From Thermoplasmata archaeon (GTDB lineage: Archaea > Thermoplasmatota > Thermoplasmata > GCA-020350865): a DNA stretch of 13,918 nucleotides. The stretch spans positions 1,300,037-1,313,954 of the forward strand of contig CP070751.1 of the NCBI GenBank assembly GCA_020348445.1, written 5' to 3'. Under the pieces are notes generated by a model that was not told the DNA's origin, did not search any database, and worked only from the letters and a program-made list of their open reading frames with translations. The translations under genes were made by a program, and so were the position numbers. Below are positions 1 to 8,300 of this stretch, piece after piece (position 1 is the first letter of the stretch; each line of letters opens with the position of its first letter).

Positions 1-1169
1 AATTTCGTGGTACTTGAAGTGGATATTTGATAACCCTCTGTCATCACTAATATGGGGTCATAAGCTCCTTCAGGCATCCTTGTTGAGTGCCAACTCCATC
101 GCTGTTGGCTATAAATATAATAATTTATTCCCACTGTATCAGGTATGTTGTCGCAGTACCAATCTGCCGTTTGATTACTGCTCAATTTCAGCGGTATCCC
201 AAATGTATCGTACTGGGATAGATATTCCTCGGTCCATACTCCAATGGTGTAAGTGCTCACACCTCTCTCGCCTGTGCTTAGGTTAAATGGCACAATCATG
301 TAATAATATTCTGTCCCTATTGTAGCATTTCCGATGTCTTGGTATGATAGAACATCGAAAGGCAAGATGGCAAGTTGAGTGTAACTCAAGTCCAAAGTAT
401 ACCAGAAACCGTCTCTTGATGTGGAACGGAGTACTAAATATCGATCTCCCGGGTTTATACCTACAGGCTGCGTCCAATTCAGAGTAACTGTGCCCGAAAC
501 GCTATTTACGATTGCAGTCAAGTTGTCTGCATCACCGGTGTTGGGCGTTGTATCAAAACCAAATGAGACTTCATCGTAGCTTATCATAGCACCTGGCATA
601 CCTGTGAAGGTAAAGGTAGTCTGGCTATCGAATTTCACCTCGTAGCCTTCGTCCAATTTCATTTGAGTGTTGTTCTTGCTACCTTCTCCAAAATTGTGCT
701 GCACCCACCTGTGTGTGGTGATATTCATATATTTGATATAGACCGCGTTCATATTAGAGGTGTACCAATCTATGTCAAAATTATCAAGTGGTTCCAACGG
801 TAAAGAGAAGGTTGACACTCCTTCTGGGAAGGTCTTCGTCCATTTCCCGACAGTTCTACTGGTTCTACTTGTCCAACCATGAGCATCCACAGCTCTTATT
901 ATGTAGTAATACTGCTCTTCATAGTTGGTTTTATTACTTGGAAGTATAGCATTGGTATCGTTCCACATCGTTCGTAGAGGTATTGGGTCCGGCTCACCGA
1001 TTTCCTTATCACATGAAGTATTTACCCATATATCATTAAAATTGAAATTGGTTTGAGATGTTGAACGATATATTAAATAATGGTCGATACCCTGGGTGGA
1101 GAGCGGTTTCCAATATAGAACCGCATCCTTATCATCTTGGCTAACGTTTATGTAAAGGATTGGTGGTAG
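1..1169 (-). repeat. Copy 1 of the C-terminal module shared by genes A and C (edge-truncated)
   Basis: The protein aligns collinearly with 4184..5371 (LYINVSQDDKDAVLYW vs LYINISDDGKDVILYW; DPIPLRTMWNDTN; SRTVGKWT; TADWYCDNIPDTVGINY; LVMTEGYQISTSSTTK). Manual DNA counts: 3-47 vs 4205-4249 = 41/45; 1018-1070 vs 5217-5269 = 50/53. Confidence 0.93.
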
Positions 1170-2813
1170 TTTAGCACCATAATTTATCGTGACATCTTTT
1201 TTATACATAACTATACCACCATCGTCATCCTCCACTGTAAGATTTATTGTATAGACACCCAAATTATAATAGATGTGTTGAACTAGGTCAGTCGCATTGA
1301 ATGGGAAGGTTCCTTGTGGGCTTGGATATGGGTCTGGTGCATTACCGTCGTTGTAGTAAATTGTTATTATATCTGGCGTCCCATCTCCCCAGTCCCATAT
1401 GAAGGTTAAGTCATCACTACCAGGATCAACGGAAGTTGCATCAAGATTTAAGAGAAGATTCTCATCCACTTTTAATGGTCCCAAAGGCTCGATTATCGGT
1501 GCGACATTGTTCACTATAACGTTTGTCATATAATAAGTTGAACCGCCATCGTCATCTGTAACTTTAAGTGTGATTGTAAACACACCATTGTCTCCATAAG
1601 TATGCATTACACTATCTGTTGCGGTGAATGGATACGTCTCCTCTGGGCTCGGATAAGGGTCCGTCCATATACCGTTGTTGAAGTAGGTTTTAACGGTGAG
1701 TGATGAGCCATCACCCCAGTCCCATGTGAAAATCAAGTCGTCTGAACCCAGGTCCGTAGCCCGAGCTGTGAATATCAACCCATCTCCTTCGTAGCCCGCA
1801 TACGGACCGACAATTATGGACTTCTTTAAAGAAAAATCATCAAAGTCACCGATAGTAAATCCGTTTGACTCTCCATACGTTCCAATCCATATCCTCAACC
1901 ATTTCACTTGGCTCTCATTTATTCCCGGCACATGCGCGATGATGACATCATGCAAGTTGACATCGAGCATGTACCAACCAGAAGGCCCAGTTCCTAGGAG
2001 CTCCCAGTAAGAGGTAATATTTGATTTATAGATATAGTCAGGCCGGAAGTACCAAGAGATTTGCCCGACGATGAGGCTTTTAATTATTGATAGATTTGAG
2101 GAGTTCGGGGGGTTACCAGACCAACCAGGCGGTTGCTTACTAAACATGCGTACCTTAACCTCCACTAATCCTCCCTCAGTGGAGAATTTAACGGCCCGGA
2201 ATTTTGCACGGAAATCTAAGTCCGTTGTGTTCACTTTTACATCTTGATAAAATTGATTATAACCGTCGAAAACCCTTGTTTCGAGATAACCGTTATCAGT
2301 TGAGGTTGAATGTTGGGATGGTGGAAGAGGCGGAATCGAGTTTGGTCTCACGTAACCGTGGAGGCTGTGCTTCCAACCATCAGTCCCATTAGAAAAATTC
2401 CCATTCACAAGCAACTCTCTTCCATCAGGTGCTACATTCTTCACTGTAACAATCATCATGTCCATATCTGATAAATCTTGGTCATCGGTCACAGTCAAAG
2501 TAACCGTATAAACGCCATCATCCCCATAAATATGTGTTGGTGTTGGACCAGTCCCGGCAACATCATTGGTTTTGTTTCCGTCGCCATCCGAGTCTATATT
2601 TGCATCGAAATCCCACTCATAGGATTTTATTTTACCATTTGGATCATAAGAACCATTTCCGTCAAATTGAACGATCTGGGCCTCATTTGCGGTTTGATTA
2701 GGACCTGCATCTGCAACTGGCGGACCGGAAGATAAGCCCCTCTCAGTGACAATATTTAATATAGATAATGTAAGTAGGCAAACAGAAAGTAGCATTGCAG
2801 TTGTCTTTTTCAT
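1..2813 (-). CDS. Secreted PKD-domain surface glycoprotein (gene A): signal peptide, PKD1, PKD2 split by a CBM-like jelly-roll insert, PKD3, and a C-terminal (FN3-like + X)x2 module. The 3' end is cut by the window edge.
   Basis: Hand translation from ATG at 2813 is open for 937 codons to the left edge (MKKTTAMLLSVCLLTLSILNIVTERGLSSGPPVADAGPNQ...EGYQISTSSTTK). PKD motifs: VADAGPNQ, YEWDFD, HIYGDDGVYTVTLTVTDD, FTWDWGDG (and FIWDWGDG). Purine-rich GGAAGGGAAG lies just upstream. By alignment with the paralogous end of gene C (TTKYTFIGI*), about 6 codons are missing. Confidence 0.93.
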   Translation of the reverse strand, partial: MKKTTAMLLSVCLLTLSILNIVTERGLSSGPPVADAGPNQTANEAQIVQFDGNGSYDPNGKIKSYEWDFDANIDSDGDGNKTNDVAGTGPTPTHIYGDDGVYTVTLTVTDDQDLSDMDMMIVTVKNVAPDGRELLVNGNFSNGTDGWKHSLHGYVRPNSIPPLPPSQHSTSTDNGYLETRVFDGYNQFYQDVKVNTTDLDFRAKFRAVKFSTEGGLVEVKVRMFSKQPPGWSGNPPNSSNLSIIKSLIVGQISWYFRPDYIYKSNITSYWELLGTGPSGWYMLDVNLHDVIIAHVPGINESQVKWLRIWIGTYGESNGFTIGDFDDFSLKKSIIVGPYAGYEGDGLIFTARATDLGSDDLIFTWDWGDGSSLTVKTYFNNGIWTDPYPSPEETYPFTATDSVMHTYGDNGVFTITLKVTDDDGGSTYYMTNVIVNNVAPIIEPLGPLKVDENLLLNLDATSVDPGSDDLTFIWDWGDGTPDIITIYYNDGNAPDPYPSPQGTFPFNATDLVQHIYYNLGVYTINLTVEDDDGGIVMYKKDVTINYGAKLPPILYINVSQDDKDAVLYWKPLSTQGIDHYLIYRSTSQTNFNFNDIWVNTSCDKEIGEPDPIPLRTMWNDTNAILPSNKTNYEEQYYYIIRAVDAHGWTSRTSRTVGKWTKTFPEGVSTFSLPLEPLDNFDIDWYTSNMNAVYIKYMNITTHRWVQHNFGEGSKNNTQMKLDEGYEVKFDSQTTFTFTGMPGAMISYDEVSFGFDTTPNTGDADNLTAIVNSVSGTVTLNWTQPVGINPGDRYLVLRSTSRDGFWYTLDLSYTQLAILPFDVLSYQDIGNATIGTEYYYMIVPFNLSTGERGVSTYTIGVWTEEYLSQYDTFGIPLKLSSNQTADWYCDNIPDTVGINYYIYSQQRWSWHSTRMPEGAYDPILVMTEGYQISTSSTTK

Positions 2814-3561
2814 GATTCTTCCCTTCCGCGATTGCCCCGATTTTATCATATTATCCGTTGGTCTTAGAATATTTAAGAATTCTATTTATTATCTTACCTC
2901 TTCTTATAGCTATTATTCGTCTACTATTATCGAAAGAACTGATATAAATGGTCTTTGGAAAACTTTTTGCATGTTTTGTTTAAATTTGATGATATAAAGA
3001 CTGCAACCATGAAATTCGTGGAAATATCGATTTTATGAGTTCAAGTGCTTAAAGACAGTTCCTCTTTAAATGATGTTGCCCATGAGTTTATGATTTTTTT
3101 TAAATAAAATCCTGCAAAACCATGATATAGATAATTCGGTGTGGACATTCGGCAGGCCACCCGTCATACATTGATCTGATGCTATATTTAGCAATATAAG
3201 GTGATTTAAGACCTTTTTAGAAGGTCTTTGTCCAACCATCATTATAATTAGAAAACTCCTGCATGGGAGTTTAAATGAAACCATAACCAATGGGAATTGG
3301 ATAATATTATTGCGGCTCAATGAGTCTTGCTATTAAAAACATAGAGGGAAAGGCCAAATATCAAGAAATCAATATTTCTTATCTCAAAAAGATATTTAGG
3401 TCGATAATAATATATAATCAATATAGAATATATGATTTAGGTTATATCTTCCAATCAAATAATCTGATATATGTTAGATGGTTTGCACAATACGATCTTT
3501 AAAAAAGAAGGTGAATATAATTAGTTCAACTCCCATATTACTTCTTTATATAACGAACATA

Positions 3562-4059
3562 ATGAAACCCCCTGTCGTGGAACAGGTGTTCTTGATCCAT
3601 GAGGACGGGCGCCTAATTTCCTATGCATCTTTAAAGGGGGATGTTCATAAGGATGAAAATATCGTAAGTTGTATGCTTACCGCTGTAAAAGACCTTCTCA
3701 CCGTTGTTTTTGTTAAAAAAGATGCCAAAGAAAATGTCGGACAATACAAATTTGAATTGGGTGAAAGGAATGTGATTCTAAGGATGGGAAAGAATTTCTA
3801 TCTTGCCATAGTAACCAAAGGTGAGGAGAATGAGGCCTTAATTGACAAATTCAGTGCTATTGTTGATGATATCCAAGAAAGATATGGAGATGTTTTTAAA
3901 AATTGGTCAGGTGAAATGAAATATGTTGAGGGCGTTGATGAGATCATCATGAAGTTGCTGCCATTGGAGGAGTTATCAGAAGCTGAGAGGGAAACGATCA
4001 AGGATAAGGGATTTTTGAAGAAGGTAATCGAGATTTGGTCCTCTATTATGAATGATTGA
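3562..4059 (+). CDS. Stand-alone longin-like (profilin/roadblock-related fold) cytoplasmic protein, 165 aa (gene B)
   Basis: The ORF track gives 3478..4059. ATG 3562 (MKPPVVEQVFLIHEDGRLIS) is preferred because the upstream 28 codons are low-complexity AT-rich sequence and the domain begins at VEQVFLI. The pattern b-b-a-b-b-b-a-a (VEQVFLIH / GRLISY / IVSCMLTAVKDLL / YKFEL / NVILRMG / YLAIVTKG / LIDKFSAIVDDIQERY / VEGVDEII) matches the longin topology. No signal peptide or TM segment. The start site is uncertain. Confidence 0.75.
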   Translation: MKPPVVEQVFLIHEDGRLISYASLKGDVHKDENIVSCMLTAVKDLLTVVFVKKDAKENVGQYKFELGERNVILRMGKNFYLAIVTKGEENEALIDKFSAIVDDIQERYGDVFKNWSGEMKYVEGVDEIIMKLLPLEELSEAERETIKDKGFLKKVIEIWSSIMND

Positions 4060-4109
4060 ATTTCGGGTTGTGAAGCTACGGTCCTTAATTTCATCAAGAA
4101 GTGGTATAA

Positions 4110-4141
4110 GATGTGGGAAAATTTCCTTTAATTTTCACATC
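4110..4141. terminator. Imperfect hairpin between convergent genes B and C; possible bidirectional terminator
   Basis: GATGTG-gg-AAAATT / loop TCCTTT / AATTTT-CACATC gives 12 bp of pairing with a 2-nt bulge, in the 124-nt gap between the two stop codons. Archaeal termination often needs only oligo-T, so the function is uncertain. Confidence 0.35.
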
Positions 4142-4183
4142 CATATATGAATAATTGATTCTATTTTTGCCGTGATTGCCACT

Positions 4184-5371
4184 CTATATCCCAATAAAAG
4201 TATATTTCGTGGTGCTTGAGGTTGATATTTGGTAACCCTCTGTCATCACCAAAAGAGTATCAAATGCACCTTTGGGCATTATTGTTGAGTGCCAGTACCA
4301 CCGCTGCCTGCTGTTTTTAAAGTAGTTGATTCCAACAGTATCGGGAATATTGTCGCAGTACCAATCAGCTGTGTGGTTTCTGTTCTGCTTCATTGGTAAG
4401 CCAATTGTGTCATATCCACATGAATACTCCTCAGTCCAAATCCCAATACTGTATGTGCTGGAACCTTTAACACCACTTGAATTATAGGGAACAACCATGT
4501 AGTACAATCTTGCTCCTGGATTGTAAGCCTGCGCATTTTTATGAGTGAAATTGTTGTTTCCATAGTTTACAGAACCTAGCATGAAAAAATCACGGTCAGG
4601 ATTCCCGAAAAAGCCGTCCCTTTTATTTGAGTAATAGACAGTATATGTATCTCCAATACCCATACAAGCAGGTTCATCCCATGTGAGGTTTACATCCCCA
4701 TTGGTTTCAATAATAACTGTGAGGTTTTTTGCCTCAGAAAATGCATCGAATCCCAAAAATCCGTTGTCGTCATCGTAGTGTATCATGGCACCGGGCAAAC
4801 CCACGAATGTGTGAGTGGTAATGTTATCGAATCTCACCTCGTATGCTTCTCCCAACCTCATGGGTGTGTTGTTCAGGTTTCCGTCTCCTTTATTATGCTG
4901 ATTCCAGGTGTGGCTTTGGCTGTCCATGTACCTGATATATTCTGCGTTCATAACCTCAGTATATTCCTTGGTCCAAATGATTTCTTGCGGTTCCAATGGC
5001 AGTGAAAAGGAGGAAACACCGCCTTGAAATGTCCTGGTCCATTTCCCCACGGTCCTGCTGGTGCTGCTCATCTCCGCATGGGAGTTTGCTGCTCTTATCG
5101 TGTAGTAGTATTGCTCTTTGTAATTGGTTTTGTTATCTGGATCTGCGGAATTGGTATCGTTCCACATGGTTCGTAGTGGAATTGGGTCCGACTCATCCTT
5201 TTCCATATCGCATGAGGTATTTACCCATATGTCACTAAAATTGAAATTGGTCTGAGATGTTGAACGATACAACAGATAATAGTCGATGCCCGGTAAAAGC
5301 GGAGGATCCCAATACAATATCACATCCTTTCCATCATCACTTATATTAATATATAATGTGGGTTGAGATAA
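4184..5371 (-). repeat. Copy 2 of the C-terminal module shared by genes A and C (395 aa, itself a two-unit tandem)
   Basis: See copy 1. Internal units end GEAYEVRFDNITTHTFVG and TEGYQISTSSTTKYTFIG respectively. Confidence 0.93.
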
Positions 5372-8300
5372 GGGTGCAACACAGGATATATAATCACTTG
5401 GTATGGGAGCACTCACAATCCTATTATCCCAGGAAAAATAATCGACTGTCGCGAATGGATGAAATGTGACATTTTGATTTATTAATCGAGTATCACTACT
5501 TATATTATATGTGGCAATCCATGACTCACTTACATTGATTGTTTGGATATCCCATTGAATCTTTGTATTACCAAGGCCGTCATCTCCCACAAATATCGGG
5601 GTCGGATATATAGAGGAAATGTTAACGTTAAAAACACCGGGAATGATATCTGTGACCATGGGTTGAGGAGGTGGAGGTGGAACAGCCGAACCTGCTACCT
5701 TAGAAATAATCAAGGTTCTTATTTTTTCATAGGCTATTAGGATATCTTCTGCTTGAGCTGCGAACATATATTCGCCTCCCGTCGGCTGTGCTATACTGTG
5801 GTTCAGGTAATCCTCGTCTACCTCGGATCCTAATCCGATTGTGAATATCTCGATATTATTAGCAATAGCTATGGCAACTTCATCATCGGTGCAGTTGAAT
5901 GGGTGAGAAGGAATTCCATCGGTAAGCAATATGATAACCCACAAGTGAGAACTATTACCATATTGAACACCATCTGCATCACCTGGTTTGTCAGAAGGAA
6001 AAGGTCTTTGAGATGGTATGTAAGCTTCAGTTGGAATATAGCCCATAACCATCTCTTGCAAGGCTATTTGAAGGGCGAGTTCAATATTTGTGCTGCTTGA
6101 ATACCAATTCAGAGAATCTACATCTGATTTTATGGATGTTTTGTTATTTTCGTCAGTATTACGAAAGTGATGAGGCTCCCTTGGATATCCCAAGGGATTG
6201 TCAGCCATATCTTGAGTTAGCCAGGCACCATAAGCGAACATGTAATCTACATCATGACCAAAGCCAACTATTGCGGCCCTATCATGATCCTTCATTCGGT
6301 CAATGTACTGCTTGGTCCCCAAGATTCTGTATCCCAAGGGATCGTTTGTGAACATGCTGTAAGAGCCATCGATAACGAAAACAGTATCTTGAGGCTGGTC
6401 CGTAGGCTGTGGTATACCCATTCCTGTCAAATTTAATGTAATCTGAGATTCTTCAGGGTAGCCTGTACCCTCTATATAAATGGTCTTTGGATTTGCAGTC
6501 TTATTTATGTTAATGTAAGGGGCAATCTCAGTTGTTAAAAATGCGGTGTCATATCCCTGGGCTGGATTAGTTGATGATTGAGCAGAAACTGCGGTGAATT
6601 CATAGTTAGTTAAAGGGGAAGATGGTATACTTATGTTCACAAAAATATTTACACTTTCATATTGTGTCAATCCTGAAGGTTTTAGTATGCCAATGTCAAC
6701 ATATCCATTGGGATCATCGTTTGTATCTATTAATTGTCTCCAGGTACCATCACCTGTAAAAAAGCTAACAGGCCAATTATTTGGTTGGGAGGATTCGAGT
6801 AGAATGTCAATAACATCATTATCGTTTTTAAAGTTCGTTATTGTAAGATTAAAAGTAACATCACTGTTTGTGTTTCCTGCTTTCTTTTGGTCGAATTCTA
6901 GTAAAATTGACGGTGGAGTAGGTGCCTGAGAAAATTGCCATCCAGCATTTTCAGAACTTATATCATCATAGCCATCATATGTTCCATTACCATCAGGTAT
7001 TCTCTTTATACTGGTGTCGATATTATGTGTAGAGTTCCATCCAACCATGTCCAATAGAACGCCACAATCGGTATACAAGTAAATGTTGTCACCATCAGGA
7101 GTCAAAGTCGAAAAAAGGGTAGGATCCGTGGCTTCGGTAACAAAATAAACAGGTACATAATTACTTACAGACAAAGGGCCTGGAATGTTGTAGACACTAT
7201 CTCCCACTATTTTAAAGTTGGTAAGCTCCAATGTATTTTCCCCTATGAACCATAACTCGATAAACTTCTCCCAGATGTTATTGTAAAATAAAACCTCATT
7301 TAATACAATAAGGGGATTTTTATCAACAGCTGGCACGTTATTTTGAGAGCCAAAGCTGGTTACGGTTATACCACTTAGGGTCATTGTCCAATCATCGATG
7401 TACCTCTGCTGCCCCGATTCCCATACTCTCGAGGCAGACTCGCCATTAATGGGGTCTGGAACAAATCCGAATTGTCCATAGGCCACCTTATCGACACAAT
7501 TACTGACGTTATCGTAAAGATATATGATGTCTCCTTCAGGATCAAGCAATCCACTGGTAATATCCAAATATCTGTGTCCTTGAGGGAGCAAGTTCGAATC
7601 TGGAATCCAGTTTCCGATAAGAGAATCTCCATTTCTATTTCTTAGTTCCCAATTAGACAGATCTTTGGCTACTCTTCCTTTATTATAAACTTCTATTCTC
7701 TGCGCCGGTGAAGATGAATCTTGAATCTCAGTGATTAGAACACCTGCTGTTTCTTTGTAGTAAAAGTCCTGAGCCTCTTTAACAGCTTTTTTCATAGACG
7801 AAATATCTTCACTGTATGCAATCACCATGGCGAAGGTCATGTTGGTGCTTGCCTGAATCGTATAACCATTCCAACTTAAGAGGGAATAAATTTCTCTCCC
7901 TCCTGGCTCTCCTAATAACCTGTTTGCTCCCGTTAGCGCGGAATACAGCAAGAATTCATCTCCAAAATAATGAAAATCATGCGAATAGTAATGATTGAAA
8001 GGAACAGAAGCATCTGCTGAGGAGAATCCTAGAATGTCTCCGGTTCCATTATCATCTCGCACATAATAAATATCGTCTGAGGAATCCCAATAATCAATGT
8101 CGTCTCCTTCATCTCCCCCAACACCATTTTCACTTTGCCACTCAGTGGCATTACCAGTGATCCAACACATAAAACCCAGATTCACATCAGTCAAATCGGA
8201 ACCCCATATATTTTGAACCGTCCATTCTATGATGGCCCAATCCTTATCAGCCAGGGTCCATGCAGTTTGATGAATTCTAACATCGTATGCAACACCAATT

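Noticed and set aside
283-477. 64-aa minus-strand ORF suggesting a frameshift in gene A
   Set aside because: Re-reading shows the gene A frame stays open across this region. The small ORF is an alternate-frame shadow.
3066-3320. 84-aa minus-strand ORF in the A/B gap
   Set aside because: TTG start with no RBS, no recognisable motif, and AT-rich composition. It cannot be supported, though a small protein is not excluded.
3478-3561. N-terminal extension of gene B as a signal or TM segment
   Set aside because: The hydrophobic stretch (ILLLYI) is too short and is encoded by AT-rich promoter-like DNA. The domain begins just after ATG 3562.
3798-4097. 99-aa antisense ORF
   Set aside because: It lies antisense to gene B and has the Ser/Ile/Phe-rich composition typical of shadow frames.
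1-5371. Repeat pair as a diversity-generating retroelement TR/VR
   Set aside because: Both copies are inside intact ORFs. The mismatches I checked are mostly synonymous third-position changes, not adenine-specific, and no reverse transcriptase gene is in the window.
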